Positions 27,699 through 37,279 of a DNA stretch of 64,000 nucleotides are shown piece by piece. Origin of the DNA: Chloroflexota bacterium (lineage in GTDB: Bacteria; Chloroflexota; Dehalococcoidia; UBA2979); contig CANMOP010000004.1 of the NCBI GenBank assembly GCA_947499615.1, positions 38,501-102,500 on the forward strand. Direction: 5' to 3'. Positions within the stretch are counted from its first letter, which is position 1. Each line of letters starts with the position of its first letter. A program made the position numbers and the translations under genes. The notes beneath the pieces are model-generated. The model had not been told where the DNA came from. It saw only the letters and a program-made list of their open reading frames with translations, and searched no databases.

Positions 27699-28787
27699 TC
27701 AGTTCAACTTCGAGGCGGTCGAGAGCCGCCGGATGCGACCACCCTCGATCACGCATTGATCCTCAATGCGGACGCCACCCCACCCCGCAATGTAGATGCC
27801 CGGCTCCACTGTCACCACCTGCCCGTCCGCCAGCACGTCCGTTGAGCGTGGTCCGAGCCGCGGCGCCTCGTGGATGTCGAGGCCCACGCCATGCCCAAGG
27901 CCATGCCCGAAGTGCTCTCGGTAGCCAGCCTCGGCGATGACGGTCATGGCGATCTCGTGGGCCTGTTCGCCGGTCATCCCGGACTCGATGCGCTCCTCAG
28001 CCATCATCTGCGCGGTCAGCACCACGTCGTAGACGCGACGAAACTGCGCATCCGGTTCGCCGAGGAAGATCGTACGCGTCAGATCGGAGCAGTAGCCATC
28101 CACGACTACCCCCAGGTCCATCACGACCCCCCGGCCAGCCTCCAGCGGCACGTCACGCGGGTACGCGTGGGGGAGAGCGCCCCAGGCGCCACCCGCGATG
28201 ATCGTCGGGAACGAGAGCGCTTCGGCGCCGTGCTCCATCGCGTAGCGCTGGATCTCCCAGGCGAGTGCGCGCTCCGTCATCCCGGGCTGCGCCACCGATG
28301 CCGCGTGCTCACACGCGGCGTCTCCAAGCAGCACCGCACGCGTGAGCGCATCTAGCTCGTCCGGCTCCTTCAGTGCGCGTAGTGCCTCGATGGCGTGGGG
28401 CGCAGGGGCGAGGTGCGGGCGAGCCGACTCCGGCAAGGCGGCGACGGACTGTATCCACTCCTCGTACGCCGCAACGGTGAGGTGGGACGGCTCGTACCCG
28501 ATCTGCTTGCCCCCGAGGCCCTCGAGGAGCAGCGGCACCCACTCCGACATCGGACCATTCGCACGCAGCAGCGTGCAGTCGGTGGCCTGCGTGCCCACCT
28601 GCTCGAAGTAGCGCGCATCGGTTGCCAGCAGCGCGCGATCGCGGCTCACCAGCACCACCCCGGCGGTGCCGGTGAAGCCGGACACCCAGCGGCGGTTGGA
28701 GGGCGTGGTCACCAGCAGCGCGTCCAGCCCCAACTCCTCGAGGCGAGCGCGCACACGGTCGATGCGGTGCGCCGTCGAGACACTCAT
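27699..28787 (-). CDS. pepP: Xaa-Pro aminopeptidase (M24B family)
   Basis: N-terminal creatinase-like domain and pita-bread metal ligands ([22 protein letters not shown]). Start taken at MSVSTAHR; the upstream extension in the ORF track was ignored. Confidence 0.85.
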   Translation of the reverse strand: MSVSTAHRIDRVRARLEELGLDALLVTTPSNRRWVSGFTGTAGVVLVSRDRALLATDARYFEQVGTQATDCTLLRANGPMSEWVPLLLEGLGGKQIGYEPSHLTVAAYEEWIQSVAALPESARPHLAPAPHAIEALRALKEPDELDALTRAVLLGDAACEHAASVAQPGMTERALAWEIQRYAMEHGAEALSFPTIIAGGAWGALPHAYPRDVPLEAGRGVVMDLGVVVDGYCSDLTRTIFLGEPDAQFRRVYDVVLTAQMMAEERIESGMTGEQAHEIAMTVIAEAGYREHFGHGLGHGVGLDIHEAPRLGPRSTDVLADGQVVTVEPGIYIAGWGGVRIEDQCVIEGGRIRRLSTASKLN

Positions 28788-29227
28788 GCGGTCGGCCGCT
28801 CGGCCAGCCGCCGCTCCAGCGCGTTCAACGCAGCCAGGTAGCCGAGGTAGCCCAGCCCGCTGATCTGTCCCCACGCGACGGGGGCGATGTAGGAGTGGTG
28901 CCGGAACTCCTCGCGAGCGTAGATGTTGGAGAGGTGTACCTCGACGGTCACGATCTGCGTCGCCTGGATTGCGTCGCGGATCGCCACCGAGGTGTGGGTG
29001 TACCCCCCGGCGTTCAGGATCAGCCCGTCCCAGTCCCCGTGATCCTGGATCAACGTCACCAGCTCGCCCTCGTGATTCGACTGGAAGCACGCGATCTCCA
29101 CGCCGAGCTCGTCCGCGCGAGTTCGCAGCAGGCGCTCGATGTCAGCCAGCGTCTCGTGCCCGTAGATTGCGGGCTCGCGGCGACCGAGCATGTTCAGGTT
29201 GGGGCCGTTGAGCACAAGGATGCGCAT
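28784..29227 (-). CDS. aroQ: type II 3-dehydroquinate dehydratase
   Basis: [12 protein letters not shown]...GGYTHTSVA...HLSN signature. 147 aa. Confidence 0.92.
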   Translation of the reverse strand: MRILVLNGPNLNMLGRREPAIYGHETLADIERLLRTRADELGVEIACFQSNHEGELVTLIQDHGDWDGLILNAGGYTHTSVAIRDAIQATQIVTVEVHLSNIYAREEFRHHSYIAPVAWGQISGLGYLGYLAALNALERRLAERPTA

Positions 29228-29248
29228 AGCGATGGTTCCTCTCGGTCG

Positions 29249-30250
29249 TTACGCGCCGGTACCGGAGCGCGGACGTTCCACCTGTTCGACCTCACGCGCA
29301 TGGCCGAGCGCGGCCGTCACGATGGTCTCCTGACGACGTTTGGTGACGGTAGTGTATATCTGCGTCGTGTCTGCGGAGGCGTGCCCGAGTAGTTCTTGCA
29401 CGACGCGCAGGTCGGCGTTGCCCTCGATCATATGCGTGGCGAAGGTGTGCCGCAGCACGTGTGGATGCACGGCGCGACCGAGCGCGGCCTGTACGCCCAT
29501 CCGGTGCACGATGTCCTGCACCGTGCGCACGCTGATGCGGTGGCCCTCGCGGCCCAGGAACAGCGACGGCTCTGCGCCGGTCGCGAGCGCGGGCCGCGCC
29601 AGCGCGATGTAGTCACGCAGCGCCGCCGCCGCCGGCTCCCCGAAGATCGCGATGCGGGTCTTGTCGCCCTTACCGGTGACGCGCACCTGCCGGTTCGTCA
29701 GGTCGAGGTCACGCCCGTCGACGCCGACAAGTTCGCTCACACGTAGCCCTGCGCCCCACAGCAGTTCCAGCATCGCGTGGTCGCGCAGCCCGCGAGGCGT
29801 GCCGGTGTCGGGCGCATCGACAAGCGCCTCAGCCTCGTCGATGGAGAGAACCTGCGGGAGCAGCTTGGGCACCTTGGGGTAGCGCAGCATCAGGATCGAG
29901 TCGCCCGGAGTTGCGGGCGGCAGCATACCTTCGTGGTCCAGCCAGCGGTAGAACGCCTTCACGGTCGTCGCCTGGCGGCGCACGGAGGCGGGTGCGACCT
30001 CCGCCTCATGCTGCTGGGCGAGGAAGCCTCGGGCATGGCCGCGTCCGGCCCGATCGAACTCGACGCCACGTGATGCGAGGTAGGCGAAGAACGCTCCGAG
30101 GTCGCTCTGGTAGTTGCGCAGGGTGTACTCGGAGCGATTCAGCACGCCACCGAGATGCAGCGCGTAGCGAGCGAACGCGTTGTCCGCCCGCGCTCGCAAC
30201 GTCTGGCGCTCGATGGCTGTTGGCGCACCGGCGAGGCGAGGCCGTGGCAC
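29249..30250 (-). CDS. xerC: tyrosine site-specific recombinase XerC/XerD
   Basis: Catalytic R..HxxR..Y region (LRHTFATHM, LGHASADTTQIYT) and N-terminal core-binding domain. Adjacent to topA and dprA. Confidence 0.85.
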   Translation of the reverse strand: MPRPRLAGAPTAIERQTLRARADNAFARYALHLGGVLNRSEYTLRNYQSDLGAFFAYLASRGVEFDRAGRGHARGFLAQQHEAEVAPASVRRQATTVKAFYRWLDHEGMLPPATPGDSILMLRYPKVPKLLPQVLSIDEAEALVDAPDTGTPRGLRDHAMLELLWGAGLRVSELVGVDGRDLDLTNRQVRVTGKGDKTRIAIFGEPAAAALRDYIALARPALATGAEPSLFLGREGHRISVRTVQDIVHRMGVQAALGRAVHPHVLRHTFATHMIEGNADLRVVQELLGHASADTTQIYTTVTKRRQETIVTAALGHAREVEQVERPRSGTGA

Positions 30251-30258
30251 GGTGCGCG

Positions 30259-33105
30259 CTAGGCGGAGCGCCGCGTGGCGCCCGGCCGACGTGGGGTGGT
30301 GCTGCGTGTGGCCGCGCTCTTCGTTGTCGTGGCACGCGGCTTGGCGGTCCGGGTGCCCGCGCTCTTGGTGGCGGCGCTCCGCGTGCTCGTCGTCTTGGAG
30401 GTCGTGCGCCGCGTCGAGGTGCGGGCGGTACCCGGCTCGATGCCCTGCTCCCGCATCCGCTGTGCCCTCAGCGCCAGCAGGTCGAGGCCTTCCTCGAGGG
30501 TCAGTGTGGCAGGGTTGCGCCCGTTCGGGAGGGAGGCGTTCACGACGCCATCCGTCACGTACGGCCCGAACCGCCCGCTCCGCACCACCACCGGCTTGCC
30601 ACTGTCGGGATGCACGCCGAGCTCGGCAAGCGCGGAAGCAGCCTGCCCCCGGCCTCGCGTCTGCCGCGGCTCCGCGAGTATTGCGACGGCCTCGTCGAGG
30701 GTGACGCTGGCCAGGTGGTCGTGGTCACGCAGGCTGCGGTTGTCGGTGCCGCTCTTCACGTATGGACCAAGCGGCCCATCCTGCACGGTGACAGGCTCGC
30801 CGCTGACCGGGTGCACGCCCAGCGTGCGCGGGTAGGACAGCAGCATGAGCGCCTGCTCAAGGGTCAGCGTCGCGATGTCGAGCGTCGGCCAGATGGAGGA
30901 ACGCTTCGGCTTGCCGTCGTTCGCATCGTCCTCGCCGAGCTGCACGTAGGGGCCGTATCGCCCGACCTTCGTGTAGACCGCTAGTTCACTCTCCGGGTCG
31001 ATGCCGAGCGGGTGTTCGCCAAGCGCAGCGCGCTCCAGCAACTCCAGCGCGCGAGGCAGATCGACCTCGTCCGGGGCAGTGTCGTCCGCGATGTTGGCGC
31101 GCACTTCCTCGTCGCCGGCCTGGATGTACGGGCCGTACCGCCCGACGCGGATCGCGACGATGCGGCCCTGCGCGTCGACGCCGAGCGGGATCGACGACAC
31201 CTCGCGGGCGTCGATCGCTTCCCAGCCGGATCCGATACGTCGCTGCAACCCCTCGCCAGCCAGCGTCTCAGCCTCGGCGCCGGTGGCCTCCGGGTTGCCG
31301 AAGTAGAAGCGGCGCAGCCAGGGTGTCGCTTCGAGGCTGCCGTCCGCGACGGAGTCCAGGTCACCCTCCATGCGCGCCGTGAAGTCGAGGTCGACGAGCT
31401 CCGGGAAGTGCTGCTCCAGGAGGTTGACGACCGCGAACGCGAGGAACGTAGGAACGAGGGCGGTGCCCCGCTTCTGCACGTACCCACGATCCTGGATCGT
31501 CCCGATGATCGACGCGTACGTCGAAGGTCGTCCGATCCCGCGCTCCTCCAGCTCGTGGATCAGACTGGCTTCGGTGTAGCGGGCGGGCGGCTGTGTTTCG
31601 TGCCCGCGCGCCTCGGTGGAGACGGCGTCCAGCAACTGGCCCGCAGTCATCGCGGGGAGCAATCGTTCCTGCTCCTCCAGCTCTGCGTCCGGGTCGTCTG
31701 AGCCCTCGACATAGGCGCGCAGGAAGCCGGGGAACTGAATCACCCGCCCTGACGCGGTGAGCACCGCCGTGCCCTGTGCGCCGGCGTCGGCCTGCAGGCG
31801 GACGTTGGTGCGCATCCCGCTGGCGTCACGCATCTGCGAGGCGACGGTGCGCATCCACACCAGCTCGTACAGCCGGAAGGCGTCGCCATCGAGCTCTCGA
31901 CGCACGCTGTCGGGAGTGCGGAAGGCCTCGCCAGCGGGGCGTACTGCCTCGTGCGCCTCCTGTGCGCCGCGAGCGCGGGTCGTGTACTGCCGAGGTTGCG
32001 GCGGGAGGTAGTCGTCGCCGTACAACTCGCGCACTTGCGCCCGAGCGGCGTCCAACGCCTGCGTCGAGAGGTTCGTCGAGTCGGTACGCATGTAGGTGAT
32101 GTAGCCGTTTTCGTACAGCTGCTGGGCCACGCCCATCGTGCGTTGCGCCGTGAAACGCAACTTGCGCGCGGCTTCCTGCTGCAGGGTGGAGGTGATGAAC
32201 GGCGGCGCGGGGCGCTGAGTGAACGGTCGCTCCGCGACCTCCGCCACAGTGGCCGTCGCACCCTCGAGGGTGGCCGAGGCTTGCCGTGCGGCCGCCTCGT
32301 CCAGCAGCGCGACGTCAGTGCCGCCCGACAGGGCGCCGGTGGTCGGGTCGAAGTCGCGGCCACTGGCCACGCGCTTCCCACCCAACTCCGCGAGGCGCGC
32401 AGAGAAGTTAGTGCCGTCCGCGGTGCGAACCCGCAGTGTGGCGTCGACGTCCCAGTAGGAGCCCGCCACGAAGCGCATCCGCGCTCGCTCGCGCACGACG
32501 ACGACACGGATGGCGGCAGACTGCACGCGGCCAGCGGAGAGCCGAGGGCGCACCTTGCGCCAGAGCACCGGCGACACCTCGTAGCCGAACAGGCGATCGA
32601 GGATGCGACGTGCCTCCTGCGCCTGCACCAGATGTTCATCGATGGCGCGCGGGTGCTCCAGCGCGGCTTCGATCGCCTGCTGGGTGATCTCGTGGAACAC
32701 CATGCGGTGGATCGGCACCTTCGGGTCCAGCACCTCGCGCAGGTGCCAGGCAATCGCCTCGCCCTCGCGGTCCTCGTCTGTTGCGAGGTAGATCGCGTCG
32801 GCGTCCTTCAGCAGCAGCTTGAGCTTGGTGACCTGCGCCTTCTTACCGGCGGGGACGATGTAGACCGGCTGAAAGTCGTGGTCGACATCAACACCCAGGC
32901 GTGCCCACTTCTCCTTCTTGAGGTTCGCGGGGATCTCCGCGGCGCTCGAAGGCAGGTCGCGCACGTGGCCAATCGACGATTCGACGATGTAGCCGGCACC
33001 GAGGTAGCGCGAGATCGTGCGCGCCTTCGCGGGCGACTCGACGATGACGAGGCTCTTGCCAGAGGGCGTGCGGGCGCGCGAGCGGGGTCGGCGTTCAGTT
33101 GTCAC
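30259..33105 (-). CDS. topA: DNA topoisomerase I (zinc-finger-less type with Topo_C repeats and basic tail)
   Basis: Toprim (IVESPAKA...DEDREGEAI) and catalytic Tyr region. Four C-terminal GRYGPY/GRFGPY-type repeats. No Cys4 clusters. Lys/Arg/Thr-rich tail. Confidence 0.95.
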   Translation of the reverse strand: MTTERRPRSRARTPSGKSLVIVESPAKARTISRYLGAGYIVESSIGHVRDLPSSAAEIPANLKKEKWARLGVDVDHDFQPVYIVPAGKKAQVTKLKLLLKDADAIYLATDEDREGEAIAWHLREVLDPKVPIHRMVFHEITQQAIEAALEHPRAIDEHLVQAQEARRILDRLFGYEVSPVLWRKVRPRLSAGRVQSAAIRVVVVRERARMRFVAGSYWDVDATLRVRTADGTNFSARLAELGGKRVASGRDFDPTTGALSGGTDVALLDEAAARQASATLEGATATVAEVAERPFTQRPAPPFITSTLQQEAARKLRFTAQRTMGVAQQLYENGYITYMRTDSTNLSTQALDAARAQVRELYGDDYLPPQPRQYTTRARGAQEAHEAVRPAGEAFRTPDSVRRELDGDAFRLYELVWMRTVASQMRDASGMRTNVRLQADAGAQGTAVLTASGRVIQFPGFLRAYVEGSDDPDAELEEQERLLPAMTAGQLLDAVSTEARGHETQPPARYTEASLIHELEERGIGRPSTYASIIGTIQDRGYVQKRGTALVPTFLAFAVVNLLEQHFPELVDLDFTARMEGDLDSVADGSLEATPWLRRFYFGNPEATGAEAETLAGEGLQRRIGSGWEAIDAREVSSIPLGVDAQGRIVAIRVGRYGPYIQAGDEEVRANIADDTAPDEVDLPRALELLERAALGEHPLGIDPESELAVYTKVGRYGPYVQLGEDDANDGKPKRSSIWPTLDIATLTLEQALMLLSYPRTLGVHPVSGEPVTVQDGPLGPYVKSGTDNRSLRDHDHLASVTLDEAVAILAEPRQTRGRGQAASALAELGVHPDSGKPVVVRSGRFGPYVTDGVVNASLPNGRNPATLTLEEGLDLLALRAQRMREQGIEPGTARTSTRRTTSKTTSTRSAATKSAGTRTAKPRATTTKSAATRSTTPRRPGATRRSA

Positions 33106-34246
33106 CAGCCGCCTCCGTTCCGTCTGCGGCGTATTCCGCCGCCTCCTCGCGCACTCGGACGTACTGCATTCCGCCCAGATCGCGCACGAGCCCTTTCAGT
33201 TCCAGCAGTGCGAGCGTACCTGACACGGTGGCCGCCGCCAAACCCGCCGCCCGCGCGATCTCATCGATGTGCCTCGGCTCGCGGCTCAGGGCGGCCATCA
33301 GCGCGCGCTCGTCGGGGTCGGTGGCGGGCATCGCGCGCCCGAAATCGAGCTGCGCACCGACCATCGTGAGGTTGAGCGCCTCAAGGATATCGTTCGCAGA
33401 GGCGACGGGTGTCGCGCCATCCTTGAGCAGCGAGTGTGGCCCCCTCGACTGCGGCGAGAAGATCGAGCCGGGCACGACGAAGACCTCGCGGCCCTGTTCC
33501 AGCGCGAAGCGAGCGGTGATCATCGCGCCCGAGTCGTAGTCCCCCTCGACCACCAATGTACCGAGTGCGACGCCGGACATAATCCTGTTGCGCCGGGGAA
33601 AGAAGTCGGCGCGCGGCTTCGTGCCGAGCGGGTAGTCGCTCATCAGCGCGCCCTGCTCCGCGATCTCGTCCGCCAGCCGGGCGTTCTCCGGCGGGTAGAC
33701 GCTGTCGAGGCCGTTCGCGAGCACCGCGTGCGTGCGCCCGCCGGCATCGAGCGCCGCGCGGTGGGCGATGGTGTCGATGCCGCGCGCAAGGCCGGAGATG
33801 ACACTGACCCGGTTCGCGGCCAGCCCTCGAGCCAGTTCGCCCGAGGCTTGTCGGCCGTACGCCGTCGCGCGCCGGGTGCCGACAACCGCCACGCTCCATT
33901 CGTCCTCGGGGAGCCAGGTCCCACGCAGGTACAGCAGCGGCGGCGCGTCCGAGATCTCGCCAAGTCGCGAGGGGTAACGCGGGTCGTCGGGTGCAAGCGC
34001 CGTCACGCCCGCGCGATCCAGTCGTTCGAGTTCCGCGAAGGGGTCGGTCTCGCCCTGGGCACGGACCACAGCCTGCGCGGTGCGGTCATCGAGGCCGGCG
34101 GCGCAGAGTTCTGCGTACCCCGCGCGCCACGCCGCCTCGATGGACCCGAGCGCGGCCTCGACGATCGCGAAGCGGGCAGCGCCCATCCGGGGCACGCGAT
34201 GCAGCGCGACGCGGTAGGCCAGATCGTTTGTTCGTTCCTCGGTCAT
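33095..34246 (-). CDS. dprA: DNA processing protein DprA (Smf)
   Basis: Rossmann-like core GLARGIDTIAHRAAL...VVEGDYDSGAMITA plus C-terminal winged-helix-like DML1 region. Start taken at MTEERT. Confidence 0.85.
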   Translation of the reverse strand: MTEERTNDLAYRVALHRVPRMGAARFAIVEAALGSIEAAWRAGYAELCAAGLDDRTAQAVVRAQGETDPFAELERLDRAGVTALAPDDPRYPSRLGEISDAPPLLYLRGTWLPEDEWSVAVVGTRRATAYGRQASGELARGLAANRVSVISGLARGIDTIAHRAALDAGGRTHAVLANGLDSVYPPENARLADEIAEQGALMSDYPLGTKPRADFFPRRNRIMSGVALGTLVVEGDYDSGAMITARFALEQGREVFVVPGSIFSPQSRGPHSLLKDGATPVASANDILEALNLTMVGAQLDFGRAMPATDPDERALMAALSREPRHIDEIARAAGLAAATVSGTLALLELKGLVRDLGGMQYVRVREEAAEYAADGTEAAGDN

Positions 34247-34339
34247 TACGCGCAGCGTACCAACGCATCGGCCGGGTGGACACCCGGCGCTCCCCACATC
34301 GCGTCTGACGATTGTCGTTGGGGGTGCCGCCGGAACGGA

Positions 34340-35632
34340 TCAAGCAGTGTCGGTGGAGACCTCGGTGGCCGCACGAGTGACGCGTACCTTCTTAATGCGC
34401 CGCCCGAGGATCGAGAGCACACGGAGCGTGAGCCGCCCGTCCTCACTGACCACTTCGTCACCGGGGACGGCGAGGCGGCCGAGCAACGAGAGGATGAGCC
34501 CGCCGACGGTGTCGAAGTCTTCGCTATCGAATTGCATCCCGAATAACTCGTTGAGATCGTCGATCGGCAGACGCGCGTCGAGGATCGCGACATCTTCGGA
34601 GAGTTGCTGCACGTCGACGGCCTCGACGTCGTACTCATCGCTGATCTCACCGACGATCTGCTCGATCAGGTCTTCGACCGTGACGACGCCTGCCGTCCCG
34701 CCGTATTCATCGACGACGATCGCCATGTGCACCTGATCGCGGCGGAGCTCGGAGAGCAGGTCGTCGACGCGCTTCGTCTCGGGCACGAAGTACGCAGGCC
34801 GGGCGATCTCTCGCAACGCCGGCCGAACCGCCTCGGCCGCGCCGGGACGGAGGTACGCCAGCAGGTCTTTCGCATAGATGACGCCCACCACGTGGTCCAG
34901 CGAATCCTCATAGAGCGGGATGCGACTGAAGCCACTGCCGGTGATCACGATCAGCACGTCCTCCAGGCTGCCCCCCGTAGCAACGGCAGCAATGTCCGTG
35001 CGAGGCGACATCACCTCGCGAACGGTCTGATCGGACATCGCGAGGATGCCACGCATCATCCGGCGCTCCTCGGACAGGCTGGTGCCATCTCCGCCCGCCT
35101 GGTCCAGCAGCGCCAGCAGCTCGCCGGACGGATCCGGCTCGGTCGCATCGGGATCGCCGCCAAAGAGTCGTGCCGCCGCGCGGGCGGGGGCACTGGCGAC
35201 CCAACCGATCGGCCCGAAGACGAGTTGAAGCGTCCGAATCAGGCCGCTGAGTCGCGCACCGGTCGCCTGCGGGTTGGTCAACGCCAGCGCGCGAGCGCTC
35301 TGACGAAGGAACGTCAACAGGAAGACAGCCCCTGCCGCGGCAGCAATTGTCCGGCGGTCGTGCAGCCAATCGGTGCCAGTGAGCAGCGCCACCAGGGAGA
35401 TCGTTGCGACGACGGTCGTGAACGTGGCCGCCACACCGAGCGCGGGCAGGATGCGCTGTCGATGCCGGATGTAGGAGTCGACCAGCACGCTCATCCCGCT
35501 TGGTCCGGGCTGGCTGGGCTGAATGCGCGTGCGACTGATCGCGCCAACCGCAGCCTCTGCCGCAGCCACGATCGCAAGCAATACCGCGGAGGTGAGCAAC
35601 AGAGTGAGCGCAATGGTCGAGTTAGTATCCAA
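34340..35632 (-). CDS. hemolysin-family / CNNM-type transporter-associated protein (DUF21 TM domain, CBS pair, CorC_HlyC)
   Basis: N-terminal four TM helices, CBS-pair region (VREVMSPRTDI...) and C-terminal CorC/HlyC transporter-associated domain. Confidence 0.8.
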   Translation of the reverse strand: MDTNSTIALTLLLTSAVLLAIVAAAEAAVGAISRTRIQPSQPGPSGMSVLVDSYIRHRQRILPALGVAATFTTVVATISLVALLTGTDWLHDRRTIAAAAGAVFLLTFLRQSARALALTNPQATGARLSGLIRTLQLVFGPIGWVASAPARAAARLFGGDPDATEPDPSGELLALLDQAGGDGTSLSEERRMMRGILAMSDQTVREVMSPRTDIAAVATGGSLEDVLIVITGSGFSRIPLYEDSLDHVVGVIYAKDLLAYLRPGAAEAVRPALREIARPAYFVPETKRVDDLLSELRRDQVHMAIVVDEYGGTAGVVTVEDLIEQIVGEISDEYDVEAVDVQQLSEDVAILDARLPIDDLNELFGMQFDSEDFDTVGGLILSLLGRLAVPGDEVVSEDGRLTLRVLSILGRRIKKVRVTRAATEVSTDTA

Positions 35633-35655
35633 GCCTGATCAGCCCTGGTCGGGCC

Positions 35656-37077
35656 TCAGTCCGCCTTTCCGGTCAGTGCACCGTCCGAGGACTCGCCGCC
35701 TGCGGTTTGGGGGCGAGCAGGCACGCCCACGACGAGCGTCCCGGCGGGAACATCGTGCGTCACGACGGAGCCTCCCGCAGTGTGCGCCCCGGCGCCGATG
35801 GTGATCGGCGCGATCAGGATGGAGTCGCTGCCGATGAACGCACCGTCGCCGATGATGGTGCGGTGCTTCGTCACGCCGTCGTAGTTCGCGGTGATCGTGC
35901 CCGCTCCGATGTTCACGTCGGAGCCGACATCGGAGTCGCCGAGGTAGGAGAAGTGCCCCACGGCGCTGCGTGCGCCGATGCGTGACGCCTTCACTTCCGC
36001 GTAGTTGCCCAGGTGCACGTCGTGCTCAATCGTCGAGCCGGGGCGAACGTGGCAGTAGGGCCCGACGGTGACATCGTCGCCGAGCGTCGACTCCTCGAGG
36101 GTCGATCCGCCGATGACGCAGCGCTCGCCGACGTGCATGTCGCGCAGCACAGCCGCCGGCCCGATGCGACAGCCCGCGCCGATCTCCGTATCGCCGAGCA
36201 GATGCACCCCGGGCAGCAACGTCGTATCCGGACCGACAGTCACGCCGGCATCGATGTACGTCGTCGCCGGGTCTTGCAGCGTCACGCCGGCCAGCATCAG
36301 ATCCTTACGGATGCGCTCGCGCATCAACTGCTCGGCGCGCGCCAACTCCACACGGGTGTTCACCTGCTGCGCCTCGGCGGACTCCACCACCTGGTAGGCC
36401 TGCGCGCCGCCATCCTGCTCCACGGCGCGGGCGATGATATCGGTCAGGTAGCGCTCACCTCGGGGGCCGGGCTGCAGCGCCTCCAGGGTCGGCCAGAGCC
36501 AGGACGCCTCGGCGGCGTAGAGGCCGACGTTGACCTCGGGCTCGCCGCGCGTCGTGGCGTCGGTCTCCGTCTCCTCCACGATTCCGCGCACGCGGCCGTT
36601 CTGGCGCAGCACGCGACCGTAGCCGGTGGGGTCTTCGAGGTATGCAGTGAGGAACGTGAGCACGGACGGGGAGGCGGCGTGCCGTCCCATCAACTCACGC
36701 ATCGTCCGAGCCGTGAGCAACGGAAGGTCTGCGTTGAGGATGAGCACGCGGCGGACACCGGCGGCCGCGGCCCGAGCGGCAAGGGCGGCGTGCCCGGTGC
36801 CCAGCGGCTCACCCTGCGGCGCGATGCGTACGTCCGGCACGGCGGCCCGCACAGCCTCGGCGACCTCATCGGCCTCCGTGGCGGTCACCACGATGATGCG
36901 TTCGCAGCCGGCGGCGCGCAGCGTGTCGCAGACCAGCCGCACCATCGCGCGTCCGGCAACCGGGTGGAGCACCTTCGGCAACTGCGAGCGCATGCGCGTG
37001 CCACGGCCGGCGGCCAGCACGACCGCGATCCACTCGGAGGGATCCGGGGGAGGCGCGTCCTTCACGGAGGCAGTCAT
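35656..37077 (-). CDS. glmU: bifunctional UDP-N-acetylglucosamine pyrophosphorylase / glucosamine-1-phosphate N-acetyltransferase
   Basis: Nucleotidyltransferase motif LAAGRGTRM...KVLH. C-terminal left-handed beta-helix hexapeptide repeats. Confidence 0.9.
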   Translation of the reverse strand: MTASVKDAPPPDPSEWIAVVLAAGRGTRMRSQLPKVLHPVAGRAMVRLVCDTLRAAGCERIIVVTATEADEVAEAVRAAVPDVRIAPQGEPLGTGHAALAARAAAAGVRRVLILNADLPLLTARTMRELMGRHAASPSVLTFLTAYLEDPTGYGRVLRQNGRVRGIVEETETDATTRGEPEVNVGLYAAEASWLWPTLEALQPGPRGERYLTDIIARAVEQDGGAQAYQVVESAEAQQVNTRVELARAEQLMRERIRKDLMLAGVTLQDPATTYIDAGVTVGPDTTLLPGVHLLGDTEIGAGCRIGPAAVLRDMHVGERCVIGGSTLEESTLGDDVTVGPYCHVRPGSTIEHDVHLGNYAEVKASRIGARSAVGHFSYLGDSDVGSDVNIGAGTITANYDGVTKHRTIIGDGAFIGSDSILIAPITIGAGAHTAGGSVVTHDVPAGTLVVGVPARPQTAGGESSDGALTGKAD

Positions 37078-37279
37078 GCGGTTGCGCCCGTCCGCACCGC
37101 GTGGTGCGTAGCGTCGCGGTGGAACGCGAGACGTAGCGAAGGCTCGACGGTCGCGATCGTGATGTCTCCACGCATTGCATGAACACAGTGGCGGGGCGAA
37201 ATTGACTCGCCCGATTGAGCCATTTTACACTCCCGCGGAGCCCTGCTACCAGCGAATCGCCACAACCGAAGGCCTACCC

